From: Guillardia theta CCMP2712
Lineage: Eukaryota > Protista > Cryptophyta
Reading direction: 5' to 3'
Assembly (NCBI RefSeq): GCF_000315625.1
Contig: NW_005434489.1
Coordinates: 27,454 to 91,453 of the forward strand
DNA length: 64,000 bases
This document shows, piece after piece, positions 15,853 to 28,222 of this stretch. How positions within the stretch are numbered: the first letter of the stretch is position 1; each line of letters starts with the position of its first letter. The translations under genes and the position numbers were made by a program. The notes beneath the pieces were generated by a model. The model searched no databases and was not told the DNA's origin. It saw nothing but the letters and a program-made list of their open reading frames with translations.

Positions 15853-16609
15853 CCTTGTCGGCCTGACTGCTATGATCTGTCTCAGGTCTCGTGCAGCAGC
15901 CGCTCCCTTCTCACTGCCTCACTCGCTTCTCTCAGCTTCTCCTCGCCATCTCCGACGTTCTTACCCTCCTCCTCCAAGGTGACGCTGCGGGTAGCAACGA
16001 AGAAAGTTTTGAATTTCTACACGCCTCAACACGTCAGCGAGGCGGACTCACCGGAGTCAGTCCGACGGAACAGGGCCCGGGGGGCCGGGGGCAACCGAGT
16101 GAAATCAACTTAGGGGACAGTGACAGTGTTGGTCAACGGTTGATGGACTGTATGCTGTAGCGAAGTAAGAGCAGGTAGGTGATTGACTTCTGAGATAAGA
16201 GTATCTATGAAGTAGAGTAAGGGATAGGGATAGTGAGAGAGAAGAGTGAGGAGAGTAAAGGAGAGGAAAGCGAAAGTAAGAGAGAAAGAGAAGAAAGTGA
16301 AAGAGAGAGGAGAGAAGGGAGAGAGAGGAGGGGGAGAGAGAAGAGATGACCCCATGCTTATACACAGTACGGTCGTAATGGAGTACCGTTCCAGAACAGT
16401 TACAATTTATCAGTTTGGGCCCGGCAAGTCTGGGCTCTAATATATGATCCATGTGAACCGTCAGTTGTAGTCAGTGTTGTAGTGATGAAAGTTTTGAGTG
16501 AAGAGAGCCGGACAAGTCACTGAGTTCCTTCAATGATCTGCTAAAGAATACCATGACAACAAGTGAGCTAGGCTCGATGATCGCGGTAGCCGTCGCCTTC
16601 AGCAGAGGG

Positions 16610-17607
16610 TCAGCACGGGGTCACCTCAGCCTCTCCTCCTCTCACTCGCTCCAGTGATGCCGACCATGTCGAGGATGAACTTGTCCGGGCTCTCCGTCCA
16701 GCTGTGACCTCCGCCGAACATCATCTTCCTGTCCACCTGCCTCGCTCGCTGCACAACTTGAGCTGCAGGTGACAACCTCTAGCTGCCGCACCTCTGCCAT
16801 CCTCGCCTCCCGCCGCCTGTGCTGGACCTGAGCTTGCTCCGCGTCCAGGCCTCCGCATCCCCACACCTGCATGCGGCTAAGGCAGCAGGCTTAAGGGGAA
16901 AGGCAGAGGAGGGGGAGGAAGAGGTTGTCGAGGAAGGAGGTCGAGGAGGAGGAGGAGGAGGTCAAGGAGGTCGAGGAGGAGGAGGAGGAGGAGGAGGAGG
17001 TCGAGGAGAGGTCGAGGAGGAGGAGGAGGAGGAGGAGGTGGTGGTGGTGGTGGTGGTGGTGGTGGTGGTGGATTAAAGCACCTCGACCACTGACAGATCG
17101 CTGTCAGGCGGAGACCAGGAGTCCCCTTCACTCTCAAAACCATCGCACTCCTGTACAATAGATCAGCTCCGTCAGGTCCAAGTGATAGGATGAGGACGAG
17201 GACTGGAGATGTAGGAGAAGAGCAGCAGGAGGAGAAGAGCAGCAGGAGGAGAAGAGAAGCAGGAGGAGAAGAGGAGCAGGAGGAGAAGAGAAGCAGGGGG
17301 AGAAGAGCAGCAGAGATTGACGGCCACCATGTCGCCATCCCATGAGATTCTCTCCAGCTCCTCGTCCACCCAGAGCTTGAGATGTCCGGGACTTCCTCCT
17401 GCTCCGATCCCCTTGGCTGGCCACGAGAACCTGCCTATCCCCGTCTTGGTGTTGAGGAAGGTGTAGAAGGGCTTCGACCCGGGCTGCTCAGTACCGTCAA
17501 GTTCCTCTGGCGAGAAGAGAGCGAGGAAAGAGAACGGGGCTGGGGTGATGATGATGACGACGACGGCAACGATGATGATGATGATGATGACGATGATGAT
17601 GATGATA

Positions 17608-17683
<76 letters not shown>

Positions 17684-17845
17684 CGACGACGACGACGACG
17701 ACGGCAACGATGATGATGATGATGATGACGATGATGATGATGATGATGACGACGACGACGACGGCAACGATGATGATGATGATGATGACGATGATAATGA
17801 TGATGATGACGACGACGACGACGATGATGATGACGATGATATGAC

Positions 17846-17904
<59 letters not shown>

Positions 17905-20489
17905 GGAGGAGGAGGAGGAGGAGGAGGAGATGAGCAAGGAAGAGAAGGTTACTTTGGCGTTCTCATGAATCGCGCGGCAGACAGAGAAACGAGGGGCCAC
18001 GGTCATGAGGATGGTCTTGCTGTCACCCTGCCGGGAAATAAACGAAGAGAGAGGGAAGAGCATGGAGGGTTGAGGTGAGAAGGAGGATGGAGAAGGAGGA
18101 GAAGGAGGAGGAGGAGGTCGAGGAGGATGGAGGAGGAGGATGGAGGAGGGGGAGGAGGAGGAGGAGGAGAAGGAGGAGAAGGAGGAGGAGACTTGTCCGG
18201 CTTGACCTGGAAGATGTTCGCGTCTCTCCACTCGCTCTCACTCAGAATCCCAGCGACCCTCCCGTACTTGTCCTGCAGCAGCTCAGCACTCTCACAAGCC
18301 TTCCACGTCCCCCTGCTCACCTTGAACAAGCACAGGGTTGGGCCTCGGTAGCCGACAGTGTTGTTGGCGAGCCTGTTGACACTGCGAGGAAGGTGAGGAA
18401 GGAGGAGCGAAGAAATACCTTCCAACCTCTTCCCGTCCGCGCGCGACGAGTACAAACGCTTGAGGTACGTGCGAGACGAGGGGGGAAAGAAGGAGCTGAG
18501 CAGGTAGAGAGCCTGTACGCCAAGGCATCAGCCGGCTAGTAGGAGGAGGGGGAGGGGGAGGGGGAGGAGGAGGAGCAAGAGACGTACATCAGGTGTTAGG
18601 ATTTCACTCCTCTCCGTCAGCGCCGGGATCAGCTCATTAGTGATCTCCTACTCTAGCACTCAGTGGCCTCGAGACCCCAGCACAAGCCAAGCAGGACCTT
18701 GCAGAAGGCGAAATCCTCCAGCTCGTTCTCCTTCAACACTGCAAAAGTTCCGTCAGCGACTGACAGCCCGCAAACCTCCGACCAGCAGAGACGCAGTGGG
18801 CGAGCAAGCAGGCTCCGAGCACAGAGAGGAAAGAGGGTAGGTTCTTTTGACTCCACGCCTCGAGAGACTGAAAAGGGACAGTCAGCCTCCTGGAGATGGA
18901 AATGGAGATGGAGATGGTGATGGTGATGGTGATGTTGATGGAGATGATGAGATGGTGATGGTGATGGTGATGGAGATGATGATGGAGATGGAGATGATGA
19001 TGGTGATGATGGAGATGATGATGGAGATGGAGATGGAGATGGTAACTTTTCTAACTCCTCCCTCTCTCTCCCTCCTCAGCTTCTCTATGACATACCGAGA
19101 GTTTCTCTCCTGACTTCAACTGGTTCTTCGCGCGCGTCAATTCCACTCTTGCGATCCACTCGGCCTTCGGGTATGACGTCAGCACGTCGCTCCTTCAGCT
19201 GGTTCGAAGCACCATGCTTGAAGGGTCCAGCTCTCCAGCAAAGTTCGCCTCCCACTCAGCACTCGACAACCTCCTGGAGGGAAGGTGAGGGGCGAACGGG
19301 AGAGGCTCTGACAGCGCTGACTTGGTGTACACTGCGATCTTGGAGGACAGAACTATCATGTCTTGCATCTCCGACTGCCGTATCAACTTCAGTCGTGCGT
19401 CCTGGAGAGACCTTTCAGCTGGGACCTTGCTGAGCTGATTTCCTCCCTTGTCCTTGTCCTGCGGTCCTTCAGTCGCAGACTGAGCCTCGCTCCCTCCCTC
19501 TCACCTCGTCCTTGAATACGTACTTGAGAAGCTCGCACCTGTCCTCCGATCGTGCAAACAGCAGCGCCCACACGAGGCTGACCTGAGGGAGGAGGTGAGA
19601 ACAGGAGGTGAGAACATGAGAGCTGCAGCTGGCTGCTCTACAAGCTCGTCGTCGTCCATGTGAGGCGGTCGAGTAGCCGCGCTGTCCTGATCCACCTCGG
19701 AGTTCCGGCCAGACGACTCCTGTCGTGAAGTGATGAGAAAGGGAGAAGATAGGAAGAGAGCGAAGCGGAATGAGGGAGAGAGGACGGCGAGGAAGGAGAG
19801 TGAAGGAAGAGGGGGGGGAGAGAGAGAGGACGGAGAGGACGGAGAGGACGGAGAGGAGGAAGAGAGGATTGGTGCAAGCAAAGGAGGGATGACCAGGGAG
19901 CGGGAATCTGCGGCGATGCTCTTTGCGAGCTGAAGCAGTCTCCTCGCGATGACTTCTGCTCTCTTTGATGGTACCGGGAGCTCGTCCAGTCCCAGCAGCT
20001 TGCGCAAGCCATCGTCTGCCAGGAGCTGAGCCGCGTTCAGAGGGCAGGAGGGCTCACAGCACAGGGACGGCCCTGCAAAGGCGCGGACAGCCTCGTACTC
20101 GTTCTGACTGAAGGCTGAGGAGGAAAAGGTCACGCGTGTGACGTGCGTGACGTGTGTCTGTCTCGCGCGTCTACCTGCTCTGATGAACTGAGGAGGAAGA
20201 GTTCTGATCCTGGGGATGCCTGCGAGGATCAGGTGGAGGGCGAGGGGAGCGGGAGAAGGAGGTACCTGCGCTCCTCTCACTACTGTATTCCACCCTGTGA
20301 CTTGATCAGTCCAAACAAGACTGCAGAAGCTCCTCACCCCCCGCTAGATGTTTTGCGCTTCGATGATTCCTGAACAAGACTATCAGCACTTGTCAATTCA
20401 GTCATCCTACAATCCTCCGATTCAAGGCAGGATTTGATATACTTTCCCACGGCAGAGTATCTTCCATCTTTTTGCATCTCATGACCCAT
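16610..20489 (-). CDS. TLDc domain protein (oxidation-resistance family)
   Basis: NRLANNTVGYRGPTLCLFK|DKYGRVAGILSESEWRD..GDSKTILMTVAPRFSV, then EV|VWGCGG..QAQVQHRRRE, then WTESPDKFILDMVG. Many microsatellite-filled introns; start approximate. Confidence 0.8.
17545..17930. repeat. (GAT/GAC)n then (GAG)n intronic trinucleotide array
   Basis: Directly visible inside the TLDc gene intron. Confidence 0.9.
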
Positions 20490-20789
20490 AATCCTGATAA
20501 TTTCCATCCTCTCCTCTCCTCCTCACCTCCCTTCCTTACAATCCTTCTTTTCTCTCGTCTCCCTTAAACTCCTCTTCTCCCCCCTCCTCCTATCTTCGCC
20601 TTTCCTCCTGCCCTTCTCTTCCTCCTCCTCCTCCTCCTCCTTCCTTCCTTCCTTCCATCCTTCCTCCTTCCTCNNNNNNNNNNNNNNNNNNNNNNNNNNN
20701 NNNNNNNNNNNNNNNNNNNNNNNNNNNNNNNNNNNNNNNNNNNNNNNNNNNNNNNNNNNNNNNNNNNNNNNNNGGAGATGAATCAGGCA

Positions 20790-21135
20790 TGGCAAGGCAG
20801 AGCAGGGCAGGGCAGGGCAGGGCAGGGCAGGGCAGAGCAGCGCAGCGCAGGGCAGAGCAGGGAAGAGCAGAGCAGAGCAGAGCAGGGCAGAGCAGAGCAG
20901 CGCAGGGCAGAGCAGGGAGAGCGAGCAGAGCAGAGCAGGGCAGAGCAGAGCAGCGCAGGGCAGAGCAGCGCAGAGCAGAGCAGAGCAGGGCAGAGCAGAG
21001 CAGGGGGAGCAGAGCAGGGCAGCACAGGACAGAGCAGGGCAGGGCAGAGCAGGGCAGGGCAGAGCAGAGCAGGGCAGGGCAGCACAGCGCAGAGCAGCGC
21101 AGAGCAGAGCAGGGAAGAGCAGAACAGCACAGCGC
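20790..21135. repeat. (CAGAG/CAGGG/CAGCG)n pentamer array
   Basis: Visible between the divergent TLDc and SET genes. Confidence 0.9.
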
Positions 21136-21288
21136 AGTGGAAGAGTACCATTGACACTCGGTGTGCGCTGCAGCATTGGACTTGTAGTGAGTGACGTTGG
21201 ACGTGTCGTCTGGGGTGACCGGGCGAATCTCTCCCTGTGGTTTCATCGTCGTCTGGTAAAGGATAAGGATCAGTTGCGTTGTAGAGTA

Positions 21289-22374
21289 ATGGTCGCTCAG
21301 GGACGCAGAGACAGCAAGGGGACGAGGAGTATCGGAGGGCTGACGGCAGTCTGTCCTTGTAGAGAGAGGCCCTCGGCTGAGCTCTTGTGATGCCTTCCTT
21401 CAGTTCTCCTCAAGCTCGTCGTGTCCTTGTGTCTGGTTGTAGGTCTGCGGCATGTGATGACGCCGGGGGATCTGTCGGGCCAGAAGGCAGAGAAGAGGCA
21501 GGCGTTGCTCTCCTCTCTTCCTTTACCACCCTTCTCCTTCCTCTCCTCTCCTTCTCGCTCTTCTCATCAAACGCGTTACAGGAGCGAGCAAGCACAACGC
21601 GAGAATCTGCTTCACAATCTCCGCCACGTCAGTTGCTGCATGGAGCCTGCTCTGTGTTGAGCGAGCGACAGGACGTGTGGGTGCGGCTAGGTAGCAGCTC
21701 CGTTCATGGCGTCGGAGTGTTTGCCTTGAGAGATATACCTGAGGTGACGAGAGCTTGAAGGTGCTGTCTAGATGACGTCAGGGTTTAGGGAACCGATCCC
21801 TTCCTCTCTGCTGGTAGAAGTTCATGTCAGGAAGGGGAGGACGAGGCTGTTGCGATCCCAGAAGGAACTCTTGCCTCTCTTCACCCAGGCATGTCGTCAC
21901 CATACCGTCTGCTCTCGTCTAACCTGGGGGGCAGCGGTGAGATCGCATGTGACCAGCTTCTTCAACAAGCACATCTGCAGTCTCCAGCACAGTCATTGCC
22001 ATGATCTCATCGGCGATCTCGGAGGGACGGAGATGTCTGTGTGAGCTGTCCGCTCCTCCTTGCGTCGTCAGCTGACGAGCCTCAGGTACTCGGTGATCGC
22101 CGATGGTCCAAACAAGATGGATGTCTCTTTCTACATTAACCACTCCAGGCGGAGTGCAAACCTTGCTCCCTTCTTACCAGCAGGATGCACGTGAGAAAGC
22201 TAGACATTGCTGTATTCTGTGGATTGCGATGCGAATGATATCTGCCGCGATGAGGAACTGAAGGGATGGCTCAGGTGGTTCAGGTTCAAGACGACGAGGA
22301 TGGTGCGGGAAGGAGAAGAGCTGTTCTTCGACTACCACGAGTTGGGCCAGGACGTGAGCTCGTTGAAAGATTAG
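21289..22374 (+). CDS. small SET-domain protein
   Basis: VRLGSSSVHGVGVFALRDIPE|GTDPF..SFYINHSRRSANL..FKTTRMVREGEELFFDY. Stop TAG 22372-22374; start uncertain. Confidence 0.85.
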
Positions 22375-22625
22375 TCTCGGAAATGTGAATATTTGAAATG
22401 ACAACTATCAGATTAAAATATAGTTTATGATTGTTAAGATTAGGATAAAACTGTCAGGTCTTAAGAATATCCACCCGCGCTCCTTGCCGACGTGAAGATA
22501 TTCACGTTTACATCAACGCGAGAAAGCAGCGTCGAGTTTCAGCAAGTGAGCAGCGAGACTGACAGTTCGCCATCACAACAGGATAAGAGAATCTGAAAGG
22601 AGAGGTGAAGAGAGGCAGCAGCAGC

Positions 22626-23726
22626 TCAGTCCCTCCTCTTCTTCTTCTTCTTCCTGCAGGCACCTCTCAGCTCTGGTGACCATGAAGCTCGACAGGTTGG
22701 TACCTTCCAAACTCATCGTACTCTTCATCCGAGTCATCTCTCCTCGCTTTGCTCGCGATCTCCTGCCTCTCGTAGTGTCCTACACTCCCGTCAGGACACA
22801 GCTAGCAACTCTTTCTCCAGCCCCACCTCCTGCTCGACCCTCACGTTTCTCCTCCGAGCCGCCTGGCTTCCTCATCCCGCAGATGTTGCAGGTGTCTCGT
22901 CGCGCCCAGTTGAGGTTCATGCACATGGTGCAATGCCAGTCGCCATCTTTAGGCGCCGGCATCTTCCCTCTCGGCTCTTCGGGGTTGACTTGCTTCATTC
23001 CTCGTCCTTTGGAAGGCATGGGGCCGGCAGAGGCTGGCCGCTGCGTTTGCACGGAGTGAGTAGGAAAGCGATGATCACGCAGATGATGAGGAGGAGGAGG
23101 AAGGGGGGAGGCTGGGAGGAGGGGGGGGCGAAGGGGTCAACGCACCGGGGTTCCACAACGGTTGCACTCCGATCTTCTAGCGAAGTTCATGTTGGTGCAA
23201 CTGTGAAAAGCAGAGGCACCACCATCACTCCGAGCATTGTGCAACATCCCAACTCATTCGCGCAGACTCATGACTGTTTCACAAGACAAGGTACGAGGGT
23301 TTGCATAGAAGCCAAGGACACACACAATCATTACTTGGGATTCGGGCATGGCCAATCGCCGTCTGAGAACACGTATCCCCTGCCACTTCCTCTTCCCCGG
23401 CCCCCGCCTGCAGACGAGTCAGTGTGTCCGTCCGAACCTGAGCCGTCTCGGCCGTCGGGGTATGCAGCTGCTCCATCGCTGTAGCCCGAAGATTTTGAGT
23501 CAGGGTAAGATCCTCCCCCTCCCCGGCCACGGCCTCGTCCACTGCTGCCTTCCGGATAGATGCCGACTCGATCGGGAAAACTCTTTCCTCTCCCCCTCCT
23601 TTTGCGCTCATGTCAGGAGCAGGACTCTGCAGTGCTTCCCGCTGCTCACCCGTATCCACCTTGTTCCGACGGGTGTTCAGGATAGCGGCTGGGACCGGTT
23701 GGATATCCTGTGGGATAGTCCGCCAT
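22626..23726 (-). CDS. RanBP2-type zinc-finger RNA-binding protein (ZRANB2-like)
   Basis: CTNMNFARRSECNRC and GDWHCTMCMNLNWARRDTCNICG zinc fingers, EKREGRAGG, and EYDEFG|RKKKKKRRD*. Confidence 0.85.
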
Positions 23727-24287
23727 GGATGTAGACTAGGAAAGTAATCATCAGAATGCAGGCGGGGTTCGTACCAAGTTCTATGGTCAATCCTTGACGA
23801 GCACTATCTCGTTTTCATATAGACAAGCAATGAGCAGCATTCTGATCTCAATGCTTACAACGACTTGTCCTTGCTGCATATCATCTCCTCGCCCCTAAAG
23901 GTCTTTTGAACGTTTCTCTGATCCTGCCTCTACTTTGCGATCGATATCTACTCTTGCTTCACAGCCTCCTGCCATCATACCTCTCTTCCCCGCTATTTCT
24001 CCCCATTCCTCTCCATTCTGTCCCCTCCTCTCTTGTCCCACAGCTTTCCCGCTACAAAATCTCCTCTCCTTCTCCTTCTGATCACTCCCTTCATCTCTTG
24101 ATCTCTTGATCTCTTGATTTCTACATCTCTTCATCTCTTCATCTCTTCATCCCTTTCCATGGCTTCTTCGCTCCATTCCCCGCTCTCATTGTTTTTTTCT
24201 ACTTCCTCGCCTCGCGTTCACAGCACCACCCCATGAAATGTACCCCTTCATTTTCCCTCATGAGTACCGGTCACCTTGTCGAAATCC

Positions 24288-24565
24288 CCAACCCCGGGCC
24301 CGGGCCCGGGCCCCGTGACCCGGTGACCGGCGCCAATCATTGGCCGCCGCAGTGAGTGCTGCCGCTCACTGGCACCGTTGCGGCACACTGGCTCCGAACT
24401 CCCCGGTCAGTACCGTAGTAGCCCCGCCATGATGCCCGGAGGGGAGAAACTTCGGGCAAGTTCCGCTTTCGGATCCGCCCCCTCCGCGGCAACCCCCCGG
24501 GCCCGGGCCATTGACTCAAGTTGACATCGGAAGTGGCCGGGCCGGGCGAGTCCGACGGTCCGATT
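24288..24565. other. GC-rich palindrome/hairpin cluster in a divergent intergenic region
   Basis: CCGGGCCCGGGCCCGGG, CCAAT-C-ATTGG, CAGTGAG..CTCACTG, GAGGGG..CCCCTC and AACTT..AAGTT inverted pairs. Confidence 0.6.
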
Positions 24566-24782
24566 CAAGATTGAATGGACTCGAAAACTTATTTTGAGCC
24601 CGCCTCATCGGGTCTGTTCACCGGCTGGTGTGACTGCGCGCAGGAGCCGTACACCCACCTCATGTACTAGAAAACCCAGTCAGAGGTAGGGGTCATAGTC
24701 ATCACCCCCCCACCAAACCAAAAAAAGATCCTCCGCATTTCCTGCATCCACAAACTCTTGGATTCCCGCCAGAAATCATACC

Positions 24783-25814
24783 ATGCTGTGTACGAGGGTT
24801 CTCCTGCTCCTGCTGCTCCTCCTGCTCCTCCTCCTCTTCTTTCCCCTGCTCACCATCCCTACCGCCTTGATCGCCTTCGCGGTGCCTCCTCCTCCTCCTC
24901 TTTCCCCTGCTCACCATCCCTACCGCCTTGATCGCCTTCGCGGTGCCTCCTCCTCCTCCTCTTTCCCCTGCTCACCATCCCTACCGCCTTGATCGCCTTC
25001 GCGGTGCCTCCTCCTCCTCCTCTTTCCCCTGCTCACCATCCCTACCGCCTTGATCGCGCCTTCGAGGTGCTCGAGCAGCATCCAGGTTAAGTCTGTCCAG
25101 CGAACAGCAGCTTACTTGCAAAACATATCGTCAGAGCAAGAGAAATCTTGCCAAGAAATAACAAGCAAAGTGAGAAGGTACTTGGTATTGCTCGGGAACT
25201 ACGGAAATGTGAGATGGAGATGGAGAAGCTGAGGAATGACAAGGACATGAAGATGAGAAGACTTGAGAAGAAGTTGCTGAGGATGAGAGGGATAAGGAAA
25301 AACGGGTCGTCAACTGCTACAGGCAGGAGCTATCTTTCCTCACCCAACGATGAATGTCTTTTCTACGAGCGCCTGTTGCTGACGGATCTACTACCGCAGA
25401 CAAGTGCCAGAGTGCTTGTTCAGAAAAGCAACCTACATGATCCGTGAGAGTCAGGACAAGCAGATCCGATCATTGGTGGAGAAATTACCTGCAAACCATG
25501 CTAGACGTATCAACGCAGGAAATCCCCCAATGACTTTCATGAATCGAGTCCTCGTCAATTACAACCACTTAAGACGGGCAATTTTCAAAGAGATTGGGAT
25601 CTCGTCAAATCTGATGATGCCTCGGTACGAGAATGGAAGTCAGTCGTCAGCTTTTGCGTATCTCAGTGACAACGTACATTATTCACAGCTGAGAGGACTC
25701 CCACAACTGTTTGTCTGCGAAGGATCACAAGCTGTGAATCAGGATAATGCAAAATTCTTCAAAGAGTACGGAGAGGCTTTGAACAAGGATATTGCTTACT
25801 ATCATGAACCGTAA
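24783..25814 (+). pseudogene. disabled paralogue of the 26921-27806 gene
   Basis: RELRKCEMEMEKLRNDKDMKMRRLEKKLL aligns with MEIRRCEMELEKLKHEKDMKRRRLEKKLL. Disablements: a 61-bp repeat expansion with a stop, TAA at 25088, a ~7-nt deletion near 25288, and the intron donor GT changed to AT at 25350. Confidence 0.7.
24849..25055 (+). repeat. 61-bp tandem repeat x3 plus a partial copy
   Basis: Unit ctcaccatccctaccgccttgatcgccttcgcggtgcctcctcctcctcctctttcccctg starts at 24849, 24910, 24971 and 25032. Confidence 0.95.
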
Positions 25815-26743
25815 GGACGTCAGACTCAGGTTCTCAGGCTGTGGAAAAGATATGCCTGGGGACTTCTTCGACAAACCGAGCAAAATGATCGAGTGTCAAG
25901 AGTCCTAGGAAAACTTTCGGAACGAAAGGGCAGAATCAACCTTGTCTTTGCAGTCTCGGATTACTACTAGTGACTCTGATCTCGGCTTACGGAAGTATGA
26001 TAAGAGAAGCTGGAGGCATGTTGCATCTCAATGATTTCTTTCTGAATGAAATTAGTTTCCCATGCTCTGACACATCCTACTATCTCCAAATGAAGAGGTT
26101 GCTTGTATGCAAACAAGCACGCACCGAATCATTGTTATCAGTTAGCCCAAACGTTTACGTGACTTGTAGTCCTGATCTGTGTCCCCCAACACATGATTCT
26201 CGCTTTTTCACATAGAGCTGCACTTGCGAATGTTTAGGAACGCTGATTCATACTTTGTTTACTACCTACAAACGACAATACGGCCACTGTCATATGCACT
26301 TGCGAACGGGTACTGTCATCTTTTCCCTACCGTACAAATCTTTCAAACGTGGCAAAAGACAATCCGTTGACGTGCTTGTCGTCTACACAAGACAAGCACG
26401 GAGCATCTGTGATCGATGTGCACAACCACCTTAGAAAGAGTGGACTGGGACTCGAACTTCAACTCGACCTTATCCAACATCTTCTGCAAAGTATTCAAGT
26501 ACATCCCACTGAACAATGCTTCATCAAGCTCAAGAATACTGAACAGTATTGACCATTGGGTGTTGACAGAGCCCTCAATGATTGATATTGATCGATCTAG
26601 CCAGGCTTTTGCAGCTTTCAACATCATTTCATTAATTCTACCTAAAACGGTAGACATATTCAAACCTAAGGTCAAGGTCAAGGTTAGGTAAGCCCAATAC
26701 CCCCCCTCATCAAGTCATGCTGAATCTGATGCTAAAAATGCCG

Positions 26744-27055
26744 AATGAAAGTAGCCTCGCCCTCGCATCACAATGTTTCTGCCAGCATCCCCTCAGAAGT
26801 AGACCGTCCTCTACCCCTCCTGGCACTCCTGCCCGGCACGTCAACCGTCTTCATCACGGTCAAGCAGTAGCCTCGCCCTCGCATCACACTCTGCCGGTCC
26901 CAAGTCTCCGAGCCCCCGTATCACTCGTCAGTCTCGTCCTTCTGCTGCTCGGCACCGCTCATGACAGCCTCCGCTTGCTTCAAGGCCCTGTAGCTGCCGA
27001 CATCGTGCACCGAGTACAAGACCAAGCTCGTATCATACGCCCGCCCTACCTCCCG
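26744..27055. repeat. left arm of a 312-bp inverted repeat
   Basis: Reverse complement of 28223-28534, with about 4 mismatches seen. Confidence 0.95.
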
Positions 27056-27806
27056 GAAGAACCTGATCTCTTCCCTGCATGCTTGTTTGCATACAAACAC
27101 TTCCCTCCTCCCCGCTGATGCACGGTAATGCTTCACATACTCCAGCACAGGTCCATGCACATGCTCGGAGCCGCGGAGCTGAGGCATGACGACATCTTCG
27201 GGTATGCCGATCTCCCCCAACACGGCCCGTCGAAGCTCTTCGTTGTTGACGAGATGCTGGTACATCACAACCAGGGATAGCATCCCCTCCCGCATCTCCT
27301 TCACTTCCTTCGCAGGTAATGCCTCCAGCACAGACTTGATCTCCTTCTTCCTGCTCGCCGCCATGTCAACGGCTTCGCTCAACAGACACTCCAGCACATT
27401 TCTGCGGCAGTAGATCCGTCAGCAGGAGGCGCTCGTAGACTTGAAAAGACATTCACCTTTGGGTGGCGGAGGATAGCCGCCACCTGTAGTAGTTAACGAC
27501 CCGTTTTTCCTTGTCCCACTGATGCCTCATCTTCAGCAACTTCTTCTCAAGCCTCCTCCTCTTCATGTCCTTCTCATGCTTCAGCTTCTCCAGCTCCATC
27601 TCACATCTCCGTATCTCCATCGCGACAATACAGACGTCCTCGTCCACGGCATCAGTTTGCAGCACCTTCTGTGCTCGGCGGAGGCATCTCATCGATCGGT
27701 CTCTTGCACTTGCAGCTGCCTCTGAAGCTTCGCTCAGACAGGCAGGCCCGTCCAAGGTCGTGGCGACGGCGACCAGGGGCACAAGCAAGGCAACCAGTTT
27801 CCGCAT
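26921..27806 (-). CDS. signal-peptide-bearing coiled-coil hypothetical protein (2 exons)
   Basis: MRKLVALLVPLVAVATT hydrophobic leader. Intron GTGAAT..CTGAC..CAG (27456-27402) joins TQR|NVLECLL. Confidence 0.75.
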
Positions 27807-28222
27807 GGCGCGAGTACCCCACCCTCACTGTTGGTCCTGAGCCCTACCAGCCGACAGGGTAGCTGACAGGGTAGTGGATGGTCAATACTGAAAAGAAACC
27901 GGCAGCTTCTCCCCAAGTTTGTGGCATGCTTGGCATGTTTCGGTCTTTCCCACTTTCGTCTTGCCCACAGTGAAGGGAGCTTGTGGTTCACCCCTCAAGG
28001 GCCTCATTTGTCCTTTGCTCGTCATGCCCGGTCAATCGGATCCCTGCAAGGTATCTCACAGTGTATGTGCACAAGATGTGTAAACCTGTTCAATCAACAG
28101 AAGACCTGTGAATGATTGAGCAGATGCAGACGCAAGGAGCGAACTAGAAGCTTCACTGCTCGAAAACGACAGGTTGAAGGGATCGGAACAAAGGACTCCG
28201 GATTGAATACAGTCGGATCCTA

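Noticed and set aside
21780-21790. Single GGGTTTAGGG telomere-like motif
   Set aside because: It coincides with an intron acceptor in the SET gene; a single copy is expected by chance.
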